A stretch of 63,646 bases of DNA, filler included, from Dimorphilus gyrociliatus (GCA_904063045.1; 5 parts of 5 records of this genome joined end to end with filler, not necessarily neighbours in it), one strand, 5' to 3'. Positions 1 through 11,941 are shown, counted from the first letter of the whole stretch. Notes: a model not told the origin generated them from the sequence alone. Program-made: numbers and translations.

Positions 1-2092
1 TGGATTTGATTTAAAAGTTTCCCTAAACCATTTGAGTACATTTGGAAATTTTTATGTTGACTTAACAAATGATAATCCAGGATTAACTTCAAATCCAGCC
101 AATTCTTCCCGGTGTCTTGAAATATATGGATTTCCTGTAAATAGTAAACATTATTACACATTTTCTTGTGTTAAAGGAGGGGTTAAAGGTCAATTTGTTA
201 AATTTCTCACACATTCTGACCAAAGGAGAGAGATTTGCATTAATGACATTGAAATATTCGGATTATTTTTAAGACTTCCATATTCAAAAAACACAAATTT
301 AGCACTAGGGAAACCAACATGGGCATCGTCATATTACGATAAACATCACGGAAGTTATATGCTAACGAATGGGAACTATACAAATCATTTTTCAACGGCA
401 CATGAAGATTATCCATGGTGCAGAGTAGATTTGTTAGGAATATTCGAAATCCATTCAATAGCAGTTGTAAATACAAGAAAACACGGTAAAAAAAAATAAA
501 AATCTTATCTTCCTCTCTGCAACTGATTTTATCTTTTAGAGCATAGAATATCCACAATTAGAGGAATAATCTCTTACAATCAATACGAATTCGATGTAAG
601 AAATCCAGAAAATCACTCTCAAAAGTGCTTCGCCAATCAGGGTAGCATAAATGTGGGAGAATATAGAATATGGTACTGCTTAAAACCGTACCCGATTGGC
701 CGCTATGTAACGTTATATTTAACTGTTCAATCAAATTTAAATATTGTTCAAGTGGAAGTTTATGGCGAGGAAATAATTAATACAAATTTCTACAATTTAC
801 CATTAACCGAAGCTGATAGGAATACGAATAATACTGGCCACATTGACATACCTCACGAAGCTCAATACCCTTTGAAAGCTATTGATAGAATGCCGCAAAA
901 TGTTTATAGAGATGATTTTTACTTTTCCTGTTCGAGTAATCAGCAATTTGGCAACAATAAGGAAGGAAGGTTTACCTTTTATTTGGATAATCTCTATAAG
1001 ATTCGCCAAATTGTTGTCCTACTCCAAATATTTTTCAGTAAAAAAAAATATTTTGTTTCAAATCTTCATTATGTAAAAAAAATTTTTCTTTTTTTTAAAG
1101 ATAATATTCAAAATACTCAAATTGCTGTGGAAAATTCTATATTTGAATTCTTACAAAGACAACTCTGTAATCTCGACAATAGCAATTCTGGAATTGGGGT
1201 TTATCAAGTTTATAATTGTTCATTCATTGGTGATAGAGTGTCTTTCTACCAAATTAGTAATAGCCGGGTTTTTGATATATGTGAACTATATATTTTTGGC
1301 GAAAAAGAACCTTACAATTCAAAAGGTCAGGGTCAGAATATATTGGAGTTTATTTTGTTATTGTCAAAACTAAAATCTTTTACAGATCTTGGTAAAATCA
1401 TTATGGCCAGGAAAGGATTTTCAAAATCCTCGCCTGATATAATATTAAATTCTCATTGCAATTTTATTTCGAATGAACATTACATTCAATTTCCTAACAA
1501 TCATAGGATAACTGCAATTGGTTTTACTCTAGTGGAATCGGTAAATTTCATTTCCGGTTTACATATTTATGGAGTAACTGACAGTGCAAAAAATCTATGC
1601 ATCTCATTTAAATATTATATACAAATAGAAACATCAACGATATTTACATTTGTCTGTAAAAGTGAACTAACCGCAAAATATATTCAAATTTATTCGTCAG
1701 ATGTCAATTTTAAAATTTGCAACTATTTTTTAATTAGCAAGGAAGAAATTCAACAAAGCAAAGGGAGTAAGTTAAACAACTGATATTTGCATCTAATTTG
1801 CATCTAATTTGCATAAAATTTAGGTAATTATAGATTGAAGAAAAGTAATATGAAATTGAGCAGTAGTTATATTCACTCAGAGTGCAAAGCATTTTCTGTT
1901 GTTGATTGCTTGAGAAATTGTTGGAAGAATTCACTCTGTGCAGATATATCATATTTAACGGAAACTAAACAATGTTTACTGAGCGAATTTGATATTTTAA
2001 CACCTTTTCAAAATGTTATTATGGATACCACAGACAGTATTTGCATTTTCTCACAAAAGTCACATGTCCAATTATCACCAGTTTGCTTTTAA
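1..2092 (+). CDS. Multi-exon secreted-type protein with tandem fucolectin (FTP/F5-8C-like) domains and a C-terminal PAN/apple-like module; 5' end is outside the window
   Basis: NLALGKPTWASSYY...FSTAHEDYPWCRVDLLGIFEIHSIAVVN and GRYV...LNIVQVEVYG / FDICELYIFG are FTP signatures. DCLRNCWKNSLCADISY...KQCLLS is PAN-like. Short GT-AG introns are present (e.g. ~1038-1100), some of which the ORF track reads through. Confidence 0.7.
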
Positions 2093-3148
2093 ATTAAATC
2101 ACTGTCTGGTATATTTTGCCAAAGGAGAGTTTGTCCTCGAAATGGGCCAATTTGTTTGTATTTTTTGTGCCAAGCTTATCTTCTTCAACTAGAAGACTCT
2201 AAGTTTTGTATGAACGCCATTTAAATTAACTTTTCTCTATTGAAACGTCTTTTTTTTTCAAAATGTTTTCATTATAATTTCAAATGAAATAAAACTTGAA
2301 AATGAACATATCATTGTCATTCAAGACAGAGGCAAAGAGGCATAGGTAATGACTGATTAGAATCAATCACTACTACTGTTTTACTAGATTTTTGGATAGT
2401 CAGAATTGGGCAAAATGGCTACCAATACTATTAAATGTAACAACTAACACTGCAAAATTTGCCATAGTCTAATGAGTACATTCGAAATACGACGATCAGA
2501 ATGACAGAGAGCTTCTACATAAGATTCTTCTACTGATTTTGACTATTCTATGAATGACCTAGTTTTATTGAAAACTTTTGCAATCCTCTTCTGTAATATC
2601 ATAAGAGCTGGTAAACTTGTCTTCATTACAATCCTGCCAGCCTTTGGTGTGGTAGACTAAGCCACATCTCAGAAATTTAAATGATATACAATAAGAAATC
2701 CCTGAGCTGTGTTTGGGATGAAATTCATTCTCATTCCTATTCAGTTGCTCTCACAACAACTTGTTTTTTGCTATTTGAAAGTCTTTCTTTAGGGTTAGAC
2801 AATCAAAAATGATAATAGCAATTGCTAAAGGAAAAGTTGGGAAACTAACTATCAATTTGATAAATGCATTTTGCTAGAAGTCTGTTTGTAATCTTTGTTG
2901 CATTTTCGTACCTTATTGGTTACCATATGGAGCTGTTATTCTTTATGATAAGGATGACATACTATCTATAGAGTTATGCGTAGTTGAGCATAGTTCTTAG
3001 TGTATTTGTACAAACAACACACTGAGAAACAGTCAAATAACGCAAAGGTAAGTGAAAAAAAATGCTGGCTAACCACTCTTTAGAGTGGAACCCAACAATT
3101 GACAAGACTCACCAAGATACGCCTCAAATTTTACCTCTAAACTTAAAC

Positions 3149-5621
3149 GGGGTTAGGTCAGAACGCCCCATTCTTGATTTTGAATGCCCCACTCATGAGT
3201 CAGAACGCCCCACTCTCTTTAGAGAATTATAGAAAACAATGCTGAGAGCAAAATATTCTTAAATACCAGTTATTATAAATATTTTTACCAGTTTTTTTTT
3301 ATCAGTTTATTCTCAGAAATTGTGTTGCTTAAATATAATTCATCTTAGTATAATTAATTTTTTTGCTGTTAATGTCTCACTGAAAAAAGGAGGATGAATT
3401 TAAAAACTTGTTGGAAATGTATGAAGAAGTTTCATTGGACTCAAAAGAAGTTTAGATGCAAATTATGTAGGCACTTTTACCATGCTGAATGTTCAAATAG
3501 TCAGATTTTATTCTTTAATATTTCTTTTCTATTTAACCATTTCCTCAGATGCAGATTATTGTATAGACTGTTTTAATATAAAAAACAAAAAGCTAATTGT
3601 TAAAATAAAAAAGCTGGAAAACAAAAAATCACCAACATGTTCAAAAGTATTTGGAAATGAAACTGTTAGTGAAAGTTCAAGTTCTGAACAGGTACAAAAT
3701 ATTTAACAAATATCTGTTAAAAAAACTATTTAATGTTTTACTATAGCTGAGGTTATCTTTTGACTTTGAATCTAATTTCCCTGATGTTTCAAGTACTCCA
3801 GGGAATAATGGAATGGAGAGTTGTGATAAAGATATTGATATTGATAATGATGGAATTTCAAGAGAAGATCAACATCAACCTGCTAAAATTGTTACAGAAA
3901 ATAGTCCAGTTGTAAGAAGAATTGATATAAATAATGAATCTTCTTTTAATGATACAAGAGAGCTTTGTCTAAATGATAATTTAAAACATGGTTTTGAAAT
4001 ATTTAAGAATGGGAGCAGAAAAGGAAAAGATATTCTTCTTCACAATAATTTTACTTATACTGTAAAAAAATCAACTAAAACAACCATTACCTGGAAATGT
4101 AGTCAAAGAACTAAAAAATCACCATGTCTTGCATCTGTAATTCAAAAAGATTTAAAGTTCATTTTGAAAAATTCTAATCACATTCACAAAAGAGAGAAAA
4201 ATGATATGAGAAAAATTATTGAAGCAAGGTTAAATTTAAAGGAAGCTGCAATTATTGATAAAGACAAATCTGGTAAAAGAATTGCAGAAGATATCAGTCT
4301 GAAGTTCAGAAAGGATATTTCTCATATTCCAAGCATTGATGTCATGAAAAGATCTGCTAATAGATACAGAGAACGTGCCCAACCAAAGCACCCAGAAAAC
4401 ATTATGTTTGAATTAAATTTAAATGAAATTCCAGATAATTTTTTCTTAAAAGATATAAAAGGGAAGAAAAGCTGAAACATGATGTTTGCAACTGACCATC
4501 AAATTAAATTATTGAAACATTGTAAGATATGGTTTATTGATGCCACATTTAAAATTGTGAGAAAACCTTTTTACCAATTGTTTACAATTCATGGATTTAT
4601 AAGAAAAGAAGGTGAATATAAACAAGTTCCTTTAATGTTTGTCCTCATGACAGGAAAGAAGAAGAAACATTATTCATTGATATTTGAGGTTGGCTTTCTA
4701 AAGTAAATATTTGAGTAAAAATTCTAAAGATATATTTTTCTTTACAAGGAGTTAAAAATCTTAATAGATGGAAAAAGCCCAAAAAAGTTTGTTCTTGATT
4801 TTGAAAAAGCTCTTTGGATATCTTTAAAAAATGCTTTTGTTGATTCTGATCTACAAGGATGTGCTTTTCATTTTAAACAAGCAATTCTTAAAAACATACA
4901 GGTAAATTAAAGTAATTATAACAATTCTGTTACAGATTTAATTTGTGAAATTAAGAAATTAACAAATACAAATTTTCTTTTTAGAAATTAGGATACATCA
5001 AGGACTATAAAATGAAATATATTGAAAGCAATATTTGGAAACCAGAAAATTGGTCAGTTTATAAATTAATAGTTCATACAAATAATCATGTAGAGTCTTG
5101 GCATACAAGAATCAATCAAAATTTGAAAAGCAATGAAAACTTTTATACTCTTATCACTGAACTTCATAGAGAGAGCAGCCTTATTGAAGTTTATGAGGAT
5201 ATGTTGGTGGAAAATAAAATGAGACAGAATCAGAAGAATAAATATAAAGATTTGCAGGATATTATCTTTGAGTTGTGGAAGAAGTTTGAAGAAAGAGAAT
5301 TAAGTTTAGATAATCTCTTAAAGGGTTTAATTGACTTGAACATTGCTTGAAAAATTATTTCTTTTTTTGTGATCACTTATTATATTTGTTTAAGCTTTTG
5401 TACTTTAAGACAAAAAATACATTATGCATATATAATTTATATTCAATTGACTTTTTTTAATTTAATAAGTACAGCATTAAAAAATATTATGTTCTTCAAA
5501 AATCAGTGGGGCGTTCTGACTCATGAGTGGGGCATTTGAAATCAAGAATGGGGCATTCTGACCCAAAATTGGGACGTTCTGACCTGGGGCGTACTGACCA
5601 GGGGCGTTCTGACCCTAAGCC
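3149..5621 (+). mobile_element. Mutator-superfamily (Phantom-like) DNA transposon with TIRs and a 9-bp TSD
   Basis: Perfect TSD AACTTAAAC at 3140-3148 and 5622-5630. A ~59-bp inverted repeat (ggtcagaacgccccattcttgatttt...) has about 3 mismatches, and the right end carries extra ggggcgttctgacc units. It encloses FLYWCH and MULE coding exons. Confidence 0.93.
3394..5350 (+). pseudogene. Intron-containing zinc finger-FLYWCH-MULE transposase, inactivated
   Basis: Exon 1 CWKC...CKLCRHFYHAEC and exon 2 DYCIDC. FLYWCH: FTYTVKK...TWKCSQR...C...HIH. MULE: WFIDATFK, DFEKA...GCAFHFKQA, TNNHVESWH. There is an in-frame TGA at 4473-4475 and an apparent internal deletion near 5010. Confidence 0.9.
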
Positions 5622-5748
5622 AACTTAAACCTAGTAATTTCTGTTTTACCTAAAGAAAAACACTATCGCAATTGCCTAAGAGATAAGATAAGATTTGGTA
5701 TTATCGCTTGAAGGCAAACATAATTCATTTTTTATAATTTTTGAGAAA

Positions 5749-6450
5749 ATGCCCCTCTCTTTTCTTACTTTTGTCGCTCTTTTTTCTTGGATTAACTGTA
5801 TCCCAGTGAACGGTTGTTTAGACAAACCAGATGGAATTCACATTCATCAAAATTGCAGTTCTTATATAGATTGCATCGATAAACATGAAGTTTTTATAAG
5901 GTGAACACAGAATGTCTACCCAATTGTTAGTGATTGCTGTAGGTCATATTTCGTCTGTAAATCACGTAGCAATGTAAAAATTGGTAATTGTTCAACTAGT
6001 TTGTAGAAATAAAGAAAAAGTTTGAATGAAAAATTGACAGTTTCAATTTCTCTTTAGGATATACCTGGAATGTTTATGATAAACCTGATAAAACGCCTTA
6101 TCCCTGTAATGGAATAAATGAATGTATGTTATTCTGACTTTTTCTTCCTCCTCTCTCTCCCAATAAACCATTCTTCCCCAATTGCAAAATGAGCAAATTC
6201 TATTCTTAACATCCTATTTTCTTTTCTTTTAGCTGTAACAAAAAAAGTAGAATTTCTAAATAATGATACAGAAACTTTAAGGACAAACTGTAAGCTGAGA
6301 GAACTTATAGATCTATATTTTTGCAGTTTTAACTATTAAACTATTAAATTATTTTCCAGTAAGAATAACTGCGTCTATTATTAGCATTGTATTTGCTTTA
6401 AGTACTATCTCTCAATGGTGCTGTTTTATTCAGGTCTGAGGTAAATATTA
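5749..6450 (+). pseudogene. Peritrophin-A/CBM14 chitin-binding protein with signal peptide and C-terminal hydrophobic segment; probable pseudogene
   Basis: Signal MPLSFLTFVALFSWINC, then CLDKPDG...NCSSYIDC. An in-frame TGA at 5902 sits where a Cys is expected. A second unit reads DCCRSYFVC...NC, followed by the TM-like ITASIISIVFALSTISL. Confidence 0.55.
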
Positions 6451-6468
6451 ACAATATACGAAAACAAT

Positions 6469-6614
6469 GGGTGCAGGAGAAAATGTCCACAGGGGGTAAA
6501 GTTCAGGTTGAGGTTAGAGTTACGGAAACTACAATAAACAGCAAGAAAGTAGGTCAGTAGTTAGGTTAGGGTTAGGGTAAGAGTTCAAAATTGTGGACGT
6601 TTTCTCCTGTAACC
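6469..6614. mobile_element. MULE-type MITE with an internal TTAGGG-like tract
   Basis: TIRs ggtgcaggagaaaatgtccaca / tgtggacgttttctcctgtaacc. The degenerate 9-bp TSD is gaaaacaat (6460-6468) versus gaaaacacc (6615-6623). The core contains ttaggttagggttagggt. Confidence 0.75.
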
Positions 6615-6992
6615 GAAAACACCAACAACTGATTATTTATACAATTATAGTAAAGAACCAGCACAAATCAGAGAATGTGTCTTTCAAAGAATTATTTGCA
6701 ATTTTCAACTTGCTAACCCAGTATGAAATGAAAAGAACACTATTCGAACCTTTTATAGAAGCCAATAGGGATGCCTGTATATGATACAGAAGGACTCTAA
6801 ACCTCTATTTTTTAATAGAACAAAGTACGATTAGCACAAATCTTATCGTGAAAAAGTCACTGAATGTGGTGAGAAGGGGCAAATTTAAATTTGACTCACA
6901 CTAGAGGAATTCTTTGAAAAAGAAAACCATGGAAAAAGTTACTTGCCGAAATTGCCTATTCCTCTCACCTTTTATCTGAGAGATAATTGATT

Positions 6993-7050
6993 GGGTTTAT
7001 GGAGAAAACATCCACAAGAGAAAACGTCCACAGGAGAAAATGCCCACAGA
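6993..7050 (+). repeat. Unpaired left terminus of the ggagaaaacgtcc MULE family
   Basis: Three tandem (g/a)gagaaaa(c/t)(a/g)(t/c)ccac units, the same unit as the TIR of the 6469-6614 MITE. No partner end was seen in the window. Confidence 0.65.
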
Positions 7051-9885
7051 CAAGACAAAATGTCAACAGATTAAAAGTCAACCAAATGAAATATTATTTG
7101 GATTAAAGAATAGAAATGTTTTAGACATATTAATGGAAGTGCCCAGATTAGAACCAACAACAAAATTCCTTTTTGATAGAAAACATGAACTTGAAGAAAT
7201 CAGAGCAACAGCACTTTGTAAATCTGTTCTAAAGAAGAAGGAATATAGAGATAGAGTTAATAAAGCTATCACAAGAAAACCACCAACTTACAAAATAGGA
7301 GATTGGTTACACATAAGAAATGAACAAATTGGTCAAGGAATGAACAGAATAAATACAAGCAAATGGAGTGGACCATACCTTGTAACTGCTACTGATACTA
7401 CCAAATGTTTGTATGAATTGGAAATATTGGCAGATAAAAGAAAATTCTATCATGCCAGTAGATTAAGACTAGCTAACAAAGAACCTGTAACAGTTAACAC
7501 AGTCAAAGCAGAGAAACAACAGACAAATGGTGGAACACTTCCTATCAGAGGATCCATAATTTATACTCTGCTAGCAATATGCTGTTTAAACATGGTTCAA
7601 GCAAATGTATCTATAACAAAAGCAAACATAACTGTGAGAATGCTACCATCAGTACAGTTTTGCCAAGGACAACAAGTACATCAATCATTTGATTTGGCAG
7701 ATGAACCAGTATGCACTTTTGAAACTAAACAAATGACCAAAATTGTGGCAAATATCTATGAAATTAAAGCAGATGATCTAGCAATTCAAGCTGTCAAGTG
7801 CTTGGTAAAAAGAATAATCAACTTCTACACTCATTACTTTTTTGGAGCAAAGAAACATAGAATTGAAAAACAAACACTGCTTTTGAGTGAACAACAATGT
7901 AGAACAATGTTATATACCAATAAAACCTTAAATGGACAGAAACTTATTGAAAAAGGCAAACTTCTTATGTATAATAAAAATAAAGGACCACAATACCAAT
8001 GGCCAAGAACAACAGTGGTTGAAGAATTTACAACAATCCTTCAAATTGGCAAAGCTTATTGGAATCCAAGTCAAGATAAAATAACAACAAACTTGGAATA
8101 TTTAGAAGATTGTTCTATTAAACAAAAATTTTGTAGAACTTTGGATTCAATCATTATATTTAACCCACAAAAAGGCCAAAATCTGCTAGGTCATGTATCA
8201 CCATGGAAGATAGTTTCCCATAATGTGGAATGTGTAAAACTAGGAGGATATTTTTCATGCCCAAACTATGCAATAATGGATTTACCCTATCAAGATAGAT
8301 ATATCAGAGGATATGGTGGTCCTGGAACTAGAATATTGGTACCCCAGAAAGAATATGATTCACTAAGAACTGATCTCACAATTTCAAATTATGCTGACAA
8401 CAGCATGATAGAAAACACTAAATACAAGATCATTTCAAATAAAGAAGTTACCAGATTGGAGAACTATGTTGGAAAGAAATCATCATTGAAAAAGGGAAAT
8501 ACCACAGAAATGCGAGACATACTTACATATAATGATTGGTACAGACATGGTGACAAAACCTACCATATACTGATAAAACATCATGCAACACCCCTAGTTA
8601 GGACTTGGGTTGTCAAAGAAATCATTTCACCTGACATCTGGAACATTAACAATAAGTATATTTTAAAAATGTTGAAAATGGCTAAATTAGAACCTGCCAG
8701 ACTTGCAAAAACTTGGGATTTTGAACTAGACAAGAAACAAGTTAGTTTCAATCCACTTCCAAAACTAAACACTTGGTATCTAGGCCCAAAAGATAAACAA
8801 TTTCAAATTCATAGAAAAAATGGAAAATATACACTTTTACAAAAAACACCAATAAATCATAAGAGAAAGCCACAAGAAAGAGTAAAGATTCAAGAATTAC
8901 ACCAAATGAATATACAAGATGCTATAAGAACTTCTGCACTGTTAAACAATATTGACAAAAACTTTCAAAATTTACAAACAGTTTTTAAACAAGTTTCTCA
9001 ACTTCTATGCCAAGAATTTGTCATGAGGAACAAGATGATAGCATTACTTACACCATTGGCACCTCAGCTACCAACAATACTTGGATCTAAACATGGAACA
9101 CACAGTACATGATTAGGAGACCTAACAACTCTCAATACATGCACTGAATTAAAAACAGTTCAAGTAGTTTGTGACACAACAATTACAACAAAATATGGAT
9201 TATGTTCAAAAGAATTATTGATCAAATACAAAGATCTCTTATTCTCAATTGATCCAATACTTCACCACACTTACCACATCACAAAAGAAGATATAAGATA
9301 TGGAGAATGTGACCAAACACAGCATCTCTTCAAGATCAAGAAAAATCCCTTGGATTCAGAACAAAATCAATATGCAATACATTCCAGCAAAAAAACATTT
9401 ATTTACTACACAAGGAATGGGTGCAGATTTCAAACTGCAGCAGCACAATCAATCAGAATGAAAATTAATAATGAAATTGAAGAACCAAAATACAACAAGT
9501 TTTGGAATACATTCAAGATACTTTGACTAAGCATAGAGAACATATAAATTTTGCAAATGATATAGGAATTGATGCAGCTATGTCAACAACACAGCATTTA
9601 TTTTCTTCATGGACAAGAAAACCTTACAAAATGCTTATTGATATATTTCTACCAATAATACTAATGCTTGGAATAGGCATTTTCTTTTATTTTATTTGGA
9701 AGAAGAAAATTAAAGGAGTCCAATTAACAAGGTTGTCTAAACTATTGGCAAAAACAAAGAAATTACCTTCAGCCCCAACAGCTGACTCAGAAGAAATACC
9801 ATTGCAAATTTATCCTACATTAACAAAGAATGGTGACACTTTAATTGTCTCAAGTCCTAGACCTTTCATGGAAGCAAGGTCTTAA
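7040..9885 (+). mobile_element. 5'-truncated Ty3/gypsy LTR retrotransposon: integrase C-terminus fused in frame to an env-like class III fusion glycoprotein (one nonsense codon, one frameshift)
   Basis: GPY/F integrase tail YKIGDW...KWSGPYLV...YHASRLR, then the internal signal IIYTLLAICCLNMVQA and a Cys-rich ectodomain with YFFG and YQW loops. The helix LLCQ...LAPQL...LGDLTTLNTC is followed by TM ILMLGIGIFFYFIW. In-frame TGA at 9110-9112; frameshift near 9500-9526. Confidence 0.85.
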
Positions 9886-10095
9886 AGAAGTGGGATGTTT
9901 GTACACATACATTTGTCAGCTCTATTCTACTATAGATAAGTAGTATTAAACTTGTATTGTAGAGTACTGATAACACTCATAGATAAGCAGGATTGACCTA
10001 GATTTGCATAGTGTGGTACATACACAAGGTGCTGTATTCGTTCTATTAAATCATATATAAAAATAGTTATTTTCATCATAAACTTGAATATTTCA
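9885..10095 (+). repeat. Polypurine tract followed by a putative 3' LTR
   Basis: aagaagtggga (9885-9895) is immediately followed by TGT at 9896. ATTAAA occurs near 10045 and a candidate ...TTTCA end at 10095. The right boundary is uncertain and no 5' LTR is available for comparison. Confidence 0.5.
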
Positions 10096-10831
10096 CTGAA
10101 TGAATTTATAAATTTATCAACTTTAATTAAAATTAATTAAAGTTGAATGACAAATATGCTTTTGTCATTAATTTTAGATTTTATTCATTAATTAGTAGTA
10201 TTGTATACACAATCCTACTATACATAACATATATATTCATCAGATATCTTCCCTTCTTATATACTGATGCTAAAATTATTTAAAACCAATTATTACTATT
10301 AGAGTAGTAACTAAAAATGGTCAAATATATAATCCATGTGTTTTCTTGATTGTTGGACTTGTCCTATTAAAATTGTTACATCTTATGCAACTCTTCAACC
10401 TTTGAAATTCAACTATTATTTGGAAGAGGAAAACAATAAGAACATGACCATATTTAGAACTTTTCTTTGTCTTAAAAATGTTACTTTTGTTTTTGTGAAC
10501 ATTGAAATTGGTGAACTATCAACTCTTAAAAGAGTATATAAACCCTACGAAATTAACAGTTGACAGTTCAGTTCTCTAACTGATAGCTAGTTGTTTAAAC
10601 TTGCTTATTTAGAACTAGAAACTCGTTTTTACTCAATACATATTCTTTGGACAAAATACTGGTATTTTGTTGATTAATTTCTACTGAAATTACATTTATT
10701 AAACTACTTGTGGATGAACTTGAAAGGTTCTATTTGGACCAGTACTTTGGTAAATTGGTAAATGATTGGAAAGGACCAAATTAGTGGTGACAAACCAGAA
10801 ACTCCTACAATTACTATACAACAAAATACAT

Positions 10832-11180
10832 GGTGTCTAGAGATTTCATCCTTGGAGATTTCGTCCTGGAGATTTTGTCCAAAACTGGAGATTTCATCCA
10901 AATTTGAAGATTTGATTATCAGACATATTCCTCATTGAAGATTTGTATAGATTTGAGGTTATGGTTTGTTTGTAAATATGAATTAAATTATTGTTGGAGG
11001 GGTTCAATTCAGGGTTAAAAAATAATCACCTGTATATACACTTGATGAGGGTTAGGGTTAGGTTATTCATCCAATCATTTTCCATCAATATTCACATATT
11101 ATACTTTTTCAGTTAGGGTTAATAATTTAATTCTTCATTTATGTTTAGAGTTAGTTCCACAATGGAGGATGAATATGAGG
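10832..11180. mobile_element. Degenerate MULE/foldback-type MITE with ggagatttcgtcc terminal units and TTAGGG tracts
   Basis: Four or five ggagattt(c/t)(a/g)tcc units at 10839-10900, agggttagggttagg at ~11048-11062, and a degenerate ggatgaatat at ~11167. No TSD was identified. Confidence 0.5.
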
Positions 11181-11941
11181 AAGAGAACTACTGGAAAAAA
11201 CAGGATCTATTTATATTTCATCATAAATTTTGTAAATATAATTTAAAACTAAGTTTAAAATAATTTAAATTATAGCATGCATTGTACATTTGTTGTATGT
11301 ACATATACATACATATGTAATAAAATTGATGGCAATGGGTTTGTAAAAGAATAAAGTGTGGAGGGATAAGTAATTTCTGGTTGATCGTGAAGGGTCTTTG
11401 CTAGTTCTAAACAAGCAGGTTTTAACAACAAGCTGATGGTTAGAAGACTGAACTGTACAGAGCCAGAACTGAAACTGACAAGCTTGGGATATGCACTTCC
11501 ATATATACATTTCACATGGTCAATAGTTTACAAGTATGAAATGTAACAATTTCATATTTCACATCTCATAAATATTGTTTTGAAGATGAAAGATCATTAC
11601 ATCACACTATCTAACATGTAACAGTTTAAATTGGCCAACATGTGGTGTTACATAATATTATGTGAAGTGTGACAATTTTGCCTGCATCTCTTTATGTTTT
11701 TAGTTCTCTAGTTGATCTCTAGTTGAACCCTTTAAAATACTAAACATTCCCACCTGGGACTGTCTAGTAATCCAGGGCCACAAAATAAAAGCCTTTCTAA
11801 AACTGAATCTTCTCTGAAGTTGATTATAACAGGTTTTCCTTAATATGATATCTACCACAACCTAAGTTTAACTACTAATAAGTGCACACACACACACTCT
11901 CTTTCTCTCCTTGTAGTTCATATAGAATATACTTATGCCTT

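Noticed and set aside
653-1783. 376-aa ORF taken as a single exon
   Set aside because: It reads through AT-rich GT-AG introns (e.g. FSKKKYF...IFLFFK); the real protein is spliced.
5510-5621. Short spaced repeats resembling a CRISPR array (also 10840-10900 and 14180-14260)
   Set aside because: The context is eukaryotic, spacers are only a few bases, and the units are transposon terminal repeats; no cas genes are present.
11265-11520. Overlapping 81-aa ORFs and an LTR-like look (AATAAA, GC-richer core)
   Set aside because: There is no second copy, no PBS or TSD, and no protein motif.
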